A DNA stretch of 64,000 bases from the NCBI GenBank assembly GCA_028534125.1, contig CM052817.1, positions 28,398,001 to 28,462,000 on the forward strand, given 5' to 3'. Positions 12,072-23,439 of this stretch are shown here, in pieces. The first letter of the stretch is position 1. Each line of letters begins with the position of its first letter. This stretch comes from Lama glama (taxonomy: Eukaryota). The translations under genes were made by a program, and so were the position numbers. The notes beneath the pieces are model-generated. The model worked only from the letters and a program-made list of their open reading frames with translations, did no database searches and had not been told where the DNA came from.

Positions 12072-13731
12072 CATATTAACTTATTGTTCACAAAATCAGG
12101 GAGGGAAAGGTCAGTGCACACATTCATAATCCCTCTAAAGCTTGAAAATAATAAATGCAGTGAAATAATATCCTCTATTAAATCATCACCAAACGCAGAA
12201 AATCCACTCTCATCTCAGTAAGTGGCCATTTATAGATAAAATTTCTAATTAGTAGAGTAAAAAAGTTTTGCTTTACCTAACAAAAATAAACTTTATCACG
12301 CAAGACAAAAGTCATGAGAAAAAAGTTCTAGAAAATGTATAGAGTGTTTTAACCCAATAATTCAAACACATTTGAAGATGAAAAAAATTTTAATGCACAA
12401 ATATGATTCCCTAAAGATGAAACAATCATTTATGTTTCCCCAGTGTGTAGAGAGGAAAGGAACATTTGAAATGCCTCTAACACTTCACTTTATCGTTAAG
12501 ATGAAACACAGCTTATTTTAAAATATAAAAAGTATGGTTTTGGGTTTTTTAAATTATAATTTAGAATGCGAATATGTAGTTACTAAAAGTATAGCAGGTT
12601 TTTTTTTTTTTTTTTCCCTAAAGAGGTACTTGCCAGTTTCAATGAGACATAGAACTCTGGGAATGATTCAAATACAACAAAGCTCTTTGAGTATTACGGT
12701 TATTAGAGGTCTTTGACACTGCTGGAAAAAGCAAGTGAAGATTTAGACAATAATGCCCTACAGTACCAAATGGGCATAAAAATTTTTTTAATAAGTGTAG
12801 AGGAAGCTGACAGACAAGATGAAAGATCACTCTTAATTAATAATCACTGGCAAACTTTGTGAAATTACTGTAGATTTGTCAATGTCAAATCTTAATTTTT
12901 AAATGTTAAAAAAATTCTTAATTATTTTATTCTAGCCAATCTGTATTTCATTTTTCTCTCTGCTCTTTCTTGTATATCTTAACTCACATTCTGAGAGAAT
13001 GGGAGATAATGAACTGGCAATGCTTGTCAGAGTATTATCTTAGACTTTTTGATGCAAATTCATTATCAATTGCCCTTGATGCTTTCACTCACATATTTAA
13101 ATAAAAATACTTTAAACTTTAGCAGTAGGTACTATATCCAAGAAAGGGAAAGCATTTTTCTTTAAAAAAAGATTTGTATTTTATTAAAATTTATAATTTC
13201 CTATTGTTATTTTGTGTCATACATTCTGCTGCATTTATACACTTGATAATTTTTAAGGTACATACACCTAAAATGAATGAACATGACATCTAAAAGTATT
13301 TTATAAAGTTTTATTAGCAAATGTCTGTATTTCACATTTTAAGGAAATTACTTTTTCTTAAAATATAACTTACCTACTAACTTATAGTAGATTGCCGACA
13401 TACTAATTGTGCTGTATAATTTATGTTGATGGACTGTTAGCATTATGTAAATATAAGTATTTTATATCTGTTGATTATAGAAACCTGGGAAATAAAAGAA
13501 CTATGAGATGACTAAAGAAGAAAAACAGAGAAATATGTTCAATTAAGGAATTTTAAAATAAGAAAATGTAAACGAATGCAATTAAGTTTCCTAAGCTTTG
13601 CAATATCTTGAAATTTAGCTCCCTTACATCTTCAGTATAGAAATTTCTGTAACTCTTTTGGATTCATCTGATAACACATGATTTGACTACCAATGAAATT
13701 TCTTTAAATTATTATCTATCCTTCCATCCAG

Positions 13732-13756
13732 TGGAAGGATGACGCAGACTGGACAG
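13732..13756 (+). other. Candidate 25-nt microexon (unverified)
   Basis: ctatccttccatccAG|tggaaggatgacgcagactggacag|GTGAGA; purine-rich island in AT-rich, repeat-poor surroundings. Confidence 0.3.
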
Positions 13757-14418
13757 GTGAGATCTCCTTTGTTTGGGATGGGACCTCTTCATCGCAACCA
13801 CCACCTAGGAAATCTGCATATGTCCCCAGGATATACTGTACCATAGTCATACTCTGTTTTACCTAGTTGATTGCACACCTGTTTCCAAGAGTGGGATCCA
13901 TATGGTTGTGTTTCTGATTTAAATGACATAGAAAATTTATGCTTCCTACAACAGAGTTGAAATGTCAGCATCTGAATCATTGCTGGGAAAAATATTGCTC
14001 AAAATCATAATGAAAAATGAAAGTGATCCATTTAATAAGTAAGAGGCCAAGTGTTCTGGCAAACTTAGAGGAGGAGAAACTGGTTTTGATACCAGAAAAG
14101 GGAATGCTGCATGCAAGAGGCTGCATTTGAACCTTAAAATACAGACTCTCCTGAAATCAAATTGAAATAAATAAATAATGAAAATAGCTATATTCTATTC
14201 CATAAATATTTACCAAGCCAGTAATTCCTTTTCAAATGGATGTGAAGGGAATGATGCATCTGGAAAGACATTATTTATATTCACCAAGATACACTCCTGA
14301 CACTGATTCTGCAGCTAAACAATATTCAATGGGTACATAATAAAGTGTATTTTTATTATGTGTGACAAACATATATATGAAAACTTACTAATTTTCAGAG
14401 TAGAACTTACTTTCCCCC

Positions 14419-14563
14419 GTTTTTTTAGAAGTATAGATGATTTACAATGTTATGCTAGTTTCTGGGGTGAGCATAGTGATTCAGTTATATATATATATGC
14501 ATGTACACATATTCTATTTCATATTCTTTCTCACTACAGGTTACTACCATTGAATATAGTTCT
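14419..14563 (-). mobile_element. Short L1 3' end
   Basis: tttttagaagtatagatgatttacaatgtt...catagtgattcagttatata...ttgaatatagttc. Confidence 0.85.
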
Positions 14564-16754
14564 TCAGGGTGGAATTTAAATATGTATTGCTTGTTTGAGT
14601 TACCATTTATCATGATCATAGTCTAGTCTCAAAAAAAAATCGACATATGTCAGATAGCTTTACTAAAATATCATTTTACAGGGCAAGAAGGGGCAACTTT
14701 TCTTTCATATTGTTTCCTCTAGTTGAGTTATTATGGATAAAGTAATTTCAGAAACAATTTCCAATAAAATTATTCAGTGTTATTTTATAAATTTCTGAAA
14801 ATGAAGCATAATTCTCATTAAACTAAATTACTAGGTCAATAATATTATTTCAATATGCTGGAAATACAGCTTTAGAATGACACAGGGAGCCAGAAAATTC
14901 ATACCTGATGTTGAGCTATAAGGTAAAAATGGAATGAAGTTGAAATTATTATTATCATTTTTTGCCTTACTTCTTTGGTGACAGCTGTTCATTTTGAAGC
15001 ACATTGTGTGAATAGCTCATGTCTATAACTAAAGAGGACATGCTGATGCTTCTAACCTTTTTTCTATATTACAAATAGTACATGAAAATTAGATGTTCCT
15101 TAGAAATGAGTTATATATTTTATTATCACTTTCACGTGATGTTACGAAGAGTTATCACTTCTTCAGAAGTAAATATGATCATTTTTTGCTTATATATTTG
15201 GTCATTTTAGTAAGGAAAAGATTACTTTAATGAAAACAAGATTGTGAAGAATTATGCAGTGTAACACTTCGATCTGTGAACTTGCAAGAATTCTATTTAC
15301 ATGAAATCTTGATACAATGGGTTTCAGTGAATAGGTCAAAGTTACTGATGTACCTTGATGCCTCTATGGATATGCCAACACTTTTTAAATAAAGTTTGAA
15401 ATTTTTTGTTACAATTCTGGATACATATTATATAATGTGGACCATTAGTAGTCATAATATTGAATTAAGTATGGGACAATTAAGTTGTGCCAAATTATTT
15501 TAAAAAGCATGTGTTGTACAAAGTAATTACTATTCTTAAATTGCTATAACTAAAATTCTCTTAAATTTACTGGGAAAATTTAAAGCAATATGCTCCATTC
15601 CGTCTCCTAAATGTTCACTGGACCACGCAAAACCTTTTCTTAGGGAGTCCATAAATAAGCATACTCAGGAAAATAAACTACTCAATGCCAGCTTGGTCAA
15701 AAGTGGCCACGTAGAGAGTGTGATAAAACAGAATCCAGTTTTATTTCTTCAGCTGACATACAAGGAAATATGTTTTCCAAGTGTACCTGTTAAAACAGAA
15801 GCCCAACAGCCTTTTTTCCTGTTGACTGTTCACTGCATGTTATCTGTAGCATTCCTCATTTTATATCTTGCATCCCAAGGTGGATTCAACATCTCTCAAG
15901 GAGGCTGCATTTCTTTTGTTTATCTGATGTACCTATCATAGTACCATCCATGGAGCTGTTCTATACATATCTGTTGATTTTGTGTGGAGTAAGGAAAATG
16001 TATTTATACTTTATCTGAATTGAGCATTGTCCTCTGATAAACATGCATGCCATATTTAAAAAAAGGATGATAAATTATGTATAAACACTAAGTGAGCTTT
16101 TTTTTTCCTCCAAGATTCAAACATATTCTCTACATCCTATTTAATTTTCTAAGTCTATTATGTGACTTGGCTAAGAAATAATTTCCCAGGGTTGTCTATA
16201 TTTTATTCCTATAGTATTGTTTGATTCAGAAGTCTACTTTCTTAAATTAGATATTCAATATACACTCCAACTCGTGCAAATGATGAGTAGATTTTTTTGA
16301 CAAGCTTGTAGTTTTAAAAATGAATCCAGGCATTGACTGGTGTGTTTTAATTGCTGTAATTTGAATAATTAATTCTATGTTTAGAAAATGAGTTCAAGGT
16401 GGTATGTGATTAATCATGTTTAATGAAGTCATTACCTGATTAAAAAGCATTTCATGCCCGTGACTGATTATATATAAATGCTAATCAATTTGATTTAAAT
16501 TGTCCCTATATATTTGAATTTGTTACAGTTTTGCTTTGTACTTACTATGATGAAAGCTACATTGATATTCTATTAAGAGTTGTTGCTTATACTTTTGGAT
16601 TTATCTTTTCTGGAAGTACCGTACAGGAAATAGTGCTTCAACTCCACTAGAAACATCTGCAGAGAATGTTCTTGGCTTAGGAAATGATTTCGTTTTGGAA
16701 AGTAGAGCTTTTAATAAGAGGGACTAGATAGCTCTTAATTGTATAGCTCTTAAT

Positions 16755-16800
16755 TGTATATGTATGACTGACACATGTTGCTGTACACCAGAATTTGACA
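16755..16800 (+). mobile_element. L1 3' end running into the gap
   Basis: gtatatgtatgactgacacatgttgctgtacaccagaatttgaca. Confidence 0.7.
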
Positions 16801-17300
16801 NNNNNNNNNNNNNNNNNNNNNNNNNNNNNNNNNNNNNNNNNNNNNNNNNNNNNNNNNNNNNNNNNNNNNNNNNNNNNNNNNNNNNNNNNNNNNNNNNNNN
16901 NNNNNNNNNNNNNNNNNNNNNNNNNNNNNNNNNNNNNNNNNNNNNNNNNNNNNNNNNNNNNNNNNNNNNNNNNNNNNNNNNNNNNNNNNNNNNNNNNNNN
17001 NNNNNNNNNNNNNNNNNNNNNNNNNNNNNNNNNNNNNNNNNNNNNNNNNNNNNNNNNNNNNNNNNNNNNNNNNNNNNNNNNNNNNNNNNNNNNNNNNNNN
17101 NNNNNNNNNNNNNNNNNNNNNNNNNNNNNNNNNNNNNNNNNNNNNNNNNNNNNNNNNNNNNNNNNNNNNNNNNNNNNNNNNNNNNNNNNNNNNNNNNNNN
17201 NNNNNNNNNNNNNNNNNNNNNNNNNNNNNNNNNNNNNNNNNNNNNNNNNNNNNNNNNNNNNNNNNNNNNNNNNNNNNNNNNNNNNNNNNNNNNNNNNNNN
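16801..17300. other. Assembly gap (500 N)
   Basis: Run of N. Confidence 1.
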
Positions 17301-17369
17301 ATGTTGGCATGGCCAGAGAAGCCATGCTAAGGGTGAAAGCAATTTGTTTACTAAATGTTTGTCATCTCA

Positions 17370-18095
17370 GAACTAGCTCATGTCTGGTCTCATACATTTT
17401 TCTTTATTTTAATTATGAAATACTGCTGGGCATGCTCGATATTTGGGCTGGGTAGATATCATCATGTACATTGTGGGCAGCTTATTTTGTATGGTCACTT
17501 GGAGTCCCTTGTCCAGAAATCTGCTTCTATCCATGCCCAATATGTAACCAAGAACCATTTCTCAAAAGAAAATACTGGCTTAAGAAGCATTACTTTGCTA
17601 CAAGAACCAAGGATCCTCTAATGTGATCCTGTTGTCTCTTTTACAGCACAAGATCTGCTGCAGGTTGTTGCATCATCATTTTTGTCAGTTGAATTGTAAG
17701 GATGTAAAGGTAGAGCTGCTTTAACTGCAGCCTGAATGATATGGAAATTCTTCTCTTTTTCCAAGACCTACTATAAACTGAAAGTAGATCAGATGCAGGT
17801 ATATATTATCTCCAAAATTTAGGAAAAAAGCCCAAAGAGTAAGTTTCTTTTTCCTCCTTTATTAGTGGTGGGTATGCAAAATGTAATGGATATTCTGACA
17901 TGTTCCAGACCACTGGGCCCCCAGAAACTAAACAGAAGTAATAAGCTGCTATATATTTGGGTGACTTATCTACCACCTTTGGCTGTACAGGTGTCTCAGA
18001 ATGCCTGCTACTTCCTTTTCTCTCAGTTACGTTAGGATGATGTCATTGGTTCAAAGGATTGAGTAACAATCATGGTTTCTCTGGACTAAATTGTA
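17370..18095 (-). mobile_element. Decayed ERVL internal pol segment (RT through RNase H-like region)
   Basis: Minus strand reads aatgacatcatccta (remnant of YIDDIML), tttctgggggcccagtggtctgg (FLGxQWSG), caggctgcagttaaagcagctctacct (QAAVKAALP), tcttttgagaaatggttcttgg (FEK-LL), gagcatgcccagcag (HAQQ), in ERVL pol order. Confidence 0.75.
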
Positions 18096-18134
18096 GCACA
18101 AACCAAGACTTGATGTAGTCTTACTACAAAATGA

Positions 18135-18480
18135 TGAAGTCTAGTTCTTTTATAGAAGGTGAAATAAAGACTTTTTCACACACGCCAAAGAAGAAAGAAT
18201 TCACTACCAGCAGCTGAACTACAAGAAATAATAAAGTTCGTCAAACAGAAGAAATATATCTGAGAGAAACTTGTGCAGGCACACAAAACAAAGAAAAAAA
18301 ATTCTAGCAATGATTAGGGTGAAGGTAGATGTAGATTTTTAAAAATTACTTTTAATCTATTTGAAATATAATTGACCATCTAAAGCAAAAAGAGTAGCAA
18401 GTTACTGTGTGTTTATATAATATATAATAATAAAACACATGACAGCAATAGCACAGGAAATAGGAAGAAGCAATAATTTT
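18135..18480 (+). mobile_element. Old L1 ORF1 3' part and inter-ORF region
   Basis: gaaggtgaaataaagactttttca...gaattcactaccagcag...ctacaagaaat (EGEIKTF...EFTTS). Confidence 0.75.
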
Positions 18481-19039
18481 GGTATGTGCAGCATAATCAG
18501 AGAATGCACTTCAATATAAAGCTACATTCTTTTCTTTTTGTTCATATGCTTTCAGAATTCCTTCCCAGATGTAATGCATAAATTATAATCCTTTTTATTA
18601 ATTAACAAATCTCTGAAATTGTTTTGCCCTACATATCTCTTTCTGAGTTGACTTTGTATCACGGGGAGTGGGCTGGCATCTGGTTTAAGTTATTATTACA
18701 GGAAGCAGTTCATAGTAACTCCCTCCGGTCAGAGAGTCTCAGTCTGGCCAGAGACGTGAGGACAGGTTGCTTTGGTGGCCAAAGGAGACTCAGTGAGCAT
18801 TGCTGATTTTGGTACTTGGAGCCTCCAAATCCTCCTTTAAATCTCTACTCTAGTTCTCAAATATCTCTTTCCTAATATGATACTAAATTCTACATGAAAA
18901 CTTAGTAATTCTTTGAATTCAATGAACACTAAGTCCATAGAATAAAAGTTTATATGAATTCTTAGTTACCTTACTCTTGAGGCTCTAACAAGCAGTTTAT
19001 TTTAGCACAGTTATAAGAAGCCTTGGTTTTCCACTCACA

Positions 19040-19936
19040 CTCTATTCTAATTATCTATTATTTCCTAACACCTACCCCCCAATTCAATGGCATAAGACAG
19101 TGACTATTCAATATTTCTCACTATACTATAATTTGGGGAGGACTCAACAGGGATGTTATATCAGTTGCCTATTGTTGCTATAACAAATTACCAAAAACTA
19201 CATTTGTCTCTTTGCCTTTTAAAGCTTTCAGTGGCCACCTGCATTCATTGGTTCATGATCCCTCTCTCTTACCACTCCAGCTCCTTATTTCTACTGTGAC
19301 ATCTCCTAATAGTGTGTCTGTGACTCTTTTTGCCTCCCTTTTTGAGGATCCTTGTATTGCATTTAGAGGCCACCCAGATAATCTAGGATAATCTTTCCTT
19401 CTCAAGATCTTTGATTTGATCACATTTGCAAAGTCCCTTTTGCCATATAAAGTGTCATTCATAAATTCTAGGGATTAAAATGAGGATATCTTTGGAGGGC
19501 CATTATTCAGCCTACCACTGATGGCATGTTTCTGTCCCACATGGTGTTGGCTGGGGCCGTAACTAGGTCTGAAGGATCCAAGATGGCTTCACTCATGTTT
19601 CTGGAGCCTCAGCTGGAATGGTTAGTATTGCTGGGGACTTGCTGGGGACTGGCTGGGCCTCTCTGTCCCACTGAATCCTATCACCATTCAAAGGTCTGAC
19701 TCACGCCTTTTTTCCATGGAGCTGAATCTCAAAAGACTGAAAGAGGAGGCTACTAGGCCCTCTTAAGTCTAGATCCCATAATACACACTCTCACTTTCAG
19801 TTTATTCTATTGGTCAAAGCTTCTTACGAGACTAATCTAGATTCGAGAAAACAAGAAATGACTCTACCTCTTCAAGAGTAGCATGAGCATACAATGATGA
19901 GAGTAATTGTTGGTGTCCATCTCTTCAATCCACCAT
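19040..19936 (-). mobile_element. Old MaLR LTR (MLT1G/H-like) split by a younger LTR
   Basis: ggatccaagatggcttcactcatg...attctattggtcaaagc...actctacctctt; left part 19040-19156 continues at 19520. Confidence 0.7.
19157..19519 (-). mobile_element. MaLR solo LTR (MLT1D-like, internally deleted), nested
   Basis: cctattgttgctataacaaattacca...cccagataatctaggataatct...ggccattattcagcctaccac; flanks gatgt/gatgg look like a 5-bp TSD. Confidence 0.85.
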
Positions 19937-20634
19937 ATTTTGAACCAAGAATTTTGGCATTTGATCCCAAAATATTTTTTATTTATCTTCTTTTAGCTTT
20001 TTAGTCTCATTACAAGGAGTCATATCACCACCCTACAGCCTTAAATTCATCATACCCTTTGTTATGTCTTAGAAAACCTGTGTCTCATTAGGCCCAAAAC
20101 CTTTCCTTCAATGGCTACTTGATTACAGGGGATTAGAGAGAGGTATTTTATTAGCTAAATTATCACTGTATACCATGTGGTATCCAGTTCTCATCCCGGA
20201 ATACTAATGTGTTTTCATTGTCTTCAGGCCCATCTAGGCTTTAAACTAATCATATATATCTTCCATTTTGCTAAGGAGTTGTAGTCTGTCATCCATTCCT
20301 GGAACTAATTTCAGTATTAGTTAAAGATCTCAGTTATAAACAATAGAAATTGGCTTTGATTTGCATGAATGGAAAACAAACTTATTGGAAGTATGACAAG
20401 CATTTTGAAATTTAGAAGGAAGCCTGGAAACAAAGAAGCTAGGGGAACAATTTAAAAAAAATCCAACATCAGGACATAAAGAGAAAAGACTTCTGGAGAA
20501 AGAACGTGGACTTAAAAAGTTACATGATAAACCAGATAAGGAAAAATTGTTAGAGTAAGAACAGTACTTAAATAATTTGAAAAGATTTGAAGATAATTCC
20601 TATGAATTAAACTGATCAACATTTGGATGATAAA

Positions 20635-20905
20635 AATAATAGTAGCTAATATTTATTGAATAGGTACTGTGAACAGGCACGTTATATTTAATGTGCTTTT
20701 ATTCCTCATTTTAAGTCCTCATAACTCCCAAGTGTACACTACTATGTACATACAATTCTTGAGTATTAACCCCATTTTAGAGATAAGAGGACTGAGTCAC
20801 ACATAGGTTAAGTTGCTCATTTTCACTCAGCTAAATGGGATGGAGCTGGGATTCAAATTCAGACAGGGTGTCTCCAAGTGTCCCCATACTTGACCCCTTG
20901 CTTTT
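20635..20905 (-). mobile_element. MIR SINE
   Basis: aatagtagctaatatttattga...ccccattttagagataagaggactgag...ggagctgggattcaaattcagacag. Confidence 0.85.
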
Positions 20906-21077
20906 TACCGTCTCACCTGAATAAAGAGAAGCAGAAGGTTGGGTTACATTCACTGTGAAAAATATTTTATTTTTCTGAAGGAGTCTTGGGCACCTGCAAA
21001 CAACTATTTAGACTGTTACAGTTATCACCATCTTCATCCCCTGAATTCTTCCTCATTCACTCTAACTGTAAAATACA

Positions 21078-21428
21078 AACACAAGTTTGATTTATGTATC
21101 TGTGAGTCTGTTTCTGCTTTGTATATACATTCATTTGTACAACTTTTAGGATCCCATATATATGTGATATTATATAGCATTTGACTCTTTCTGTGTGACT
21201 TATTTCACTAAGTGTAATATTCTCTAGGTCCTTCCATGTTGCTGCAAATGGCACTAGTTCATTTTAATGACTGTGTAATATTCCATGGCATACATTCCAT
21301 TATCTTCTTAATTTAATCATTTGTTGAGGGACACTTGCTTCCATATCTTGGCTATTGCAAATATTGCTGCTATGAACACTGCATGTATCTTTTTGAATTA
21401 GTGTTTTCATTTTTTCCAGATATATCCA
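21078..21428 (-). mobile_element. L1 ORF2 C-terminus and 3' UTR (inverted part)
   Basis: ORF 21057-21254 MPFAATWKDLENITLSEISHTE is the L1 ORF2 C-terminal motif. Confidence 0.9.
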
Positions 21429-21578
21429 TAACCTTATAATAATCTATAATGAAATATAGTCTGAATCATTTTGTTGTATACCTGAAACTAACACAATATT
21501 GTAAATCAGCTATGCTTCAATAAAGAAATGATGATACGAAAAACAAGGAAACAGAAATACCAGAAAAATAAAAAAAAA
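21429..21578 (+). mobile_element. L1 3' terminus with decayed A-tail (non-inverted part)
   Basis: ctgaatcattttgttgtatacctgaaactaacacaatattgtaaatcagctatgcttcaataaa followed by an A-rich tract. Confidence 0.85.
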
Positions 21579-21851
21579 GCTACACACACACACATTTTAC
21601 TTAAATGTTCTTCTGTGTGTGGTTTTAAAATTTCATTTCTTCTTGATGAAATTCTGTCATTTTTTTATGAGACCCAACTACAAACTACTTTCTTATAAAA
21701 ATTCAAAACATGGATCACAATGCAGAGGGAGGAAAGGCATCTGTCTTATTATCCTATATGATATTTCAAAGACATCAAAAAGTTGTAAGTTTTTTTTTGT
21801 CTATTTAATTGTAAGCTGCCAGTCCACCACAAATAAACTTAGAGTTCTAAA

Positions 21852-22005
21852 GATAAGTTTCTTGGGAAATATCAGTGATTTATCTGTTTCCATAAATTAA
21901 AGAAGAAAGATTATTTACTAAGTGCAAGGATAAGTTTCTTGGGAAATATCAGTGATTTATCTGTTTCCATAAATTAAAGAAGAAAGATTATTTACTAAGT
22001 GCAAG
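21852..22005. repeat. Perfect 2 x 77 bp tandem duplication
   Basis: gataagtttcttggg...ctaagtgcaag at 21852-21928 and 21929-22005. Confidence 0.97.
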
Positions 22006-22785
22006 CCATAATCAAACAAATATTACATTTGATGAATTATTATTATAAACATTTTTCATTTACAAAGACATCTATGGTTGACTCTTACAGGAAACTTGAT
22101 ATTAGAAATTGGTAGATAATATTTTTTTACCTTATTCTATTTGGATGTGCCTTTGGCTTTGTTCTAAAGAAATTTGTAATTTTATGACTCCTTGGACTAT
22201 GTTGAAATTAAAATTCTATTAATATCTAAATTCTCTTAGAATATAAACATTTAAAAGTAATAGTGTACATTACAGTTCTTTAAATAAATACAGTTTGCTT
22301 CAGAAAAAGCAGTGTAAGTAATATAGAGTTCTAAACATGGAAAATCGTCATGAGTCCCTTAAGATAAAATTTCAAGAGCAATATATGAAATGTGTGCTTC
22401 AAGAACTTTAGCAGAAGTATTTTCAGTAGATTTTCTAAAATGTATTAAATTACATTTGCATACGGCTACAATTTAAACATATACTTCACTAAATCTCTCT
22501 TTATCCTTAGTGAATTACAAAATAACAGGAAATGCTGAAAGATGTTTTACTTTTCTCTAAGAAGAATTTGATTATTGAAGTGTATGTCATTGAATTGATT
22601 TGTTTGTAGCACATAATTGTAAAAATTGTTGCATATATTTTTAGATTTATATACATGTTCAGCTGACCTAATATAACTTCAAAAGTTATCACAGAAATAG
22701 AAAAATTCAACTTACACATCATTCATCTAAAAATTATGATATTGTAGACTCTTAGATTTGTAAGGGACTTTGAAATCTATTTCAG

Positions 22786-22845
22786 TACCTACTAGGTCAT
22801 TCAGTCATTGGAAAGAACAAAGCTGATGTTTTAACTCATGCTTTG
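22786..22845 (+). other. Candidate 60-nt exon (weak, unverified)
   Basis: tctatttcAG|tac...ttg|GTGAGT; frame 0 open, YLLGHSVIGKNKADVLTHAL; short pyrimidine tract. Confidence 0.15.
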
Positions 22846-22984
22846 GTGAGTATTTAAAGACAAAATTGTCTAATTCCCTTGTTTTGTTTCTAAGGCTAAT
22901 TACTTTAATTCTCTCAACTATTACATGGTATTTTATAATTAAATAATAGTATAGGTATAATTATTATAAGGTATAATTAAAGTC

Positions 22985-23284
22985 ACATCTTTTTCAGCTT
23001 CTGGAGGCTGCCTGCATCCCTTGGCTAGTGGCCACTTCCTTGCATCATTCCAACTCCTCCTGTTCACTCTGATCCTCCTGCCTCCCCTTTATGCTGACCC
23101 TTGTGATTACATTGGTTCCACCTAGATAATCCAGGATAAACTCCCATCTCAACATCCTTAACATATTCACACTTGCAAAGTCTCTTTTTACCACATTAAG
23201 GTAACATTCCCAGGTTAAGAGGGTTAGGAGGTAGACATCTTTGGAAGGGGGTGGGGGAAGAGTGGCCTTACTCAGTCTACCACA
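22985..23284 (-). mobile_element. Partial MaLR LTR (MLT1D-like)
   Basis: cagcttctggaggctgcctgcatcccttggct...cccttgtgattacattgg...agataatccaggataa...tcagtctaccaca. Confidence 0.85.
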
Positions 23285-23439
23285 CCTGCCTAATATGAGC
23301 CCACACTAACCAGGAGGCTGAAGATACAGTATAAAAACAGACATATGAGTATATGTTCTTGTGAGTTACGTTCTAGAGGATGAAAAGCATTAGGCAGCAG
23401 TCACAGCATAACAACCAAACTGAAAATTCTGACATAATA

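Noticed and set aside
16677..17376. ORFs of 188-221 aa
   Set aside because: Artefacts of translating through the N gap
17647..17695. Exon-like segment (ctcttttacAG ... GTAAGG)
   Set aside because: Falls inside the antisense ERVL pol remnant and has a weak donor context; probable pseudo-exon
22786..22845. Resemblance of IGKNKADVL to ThiF/E1 nucleotide-binding motifs
   Set aside because: Too short to be meaningful, and no other E1-like exon was found
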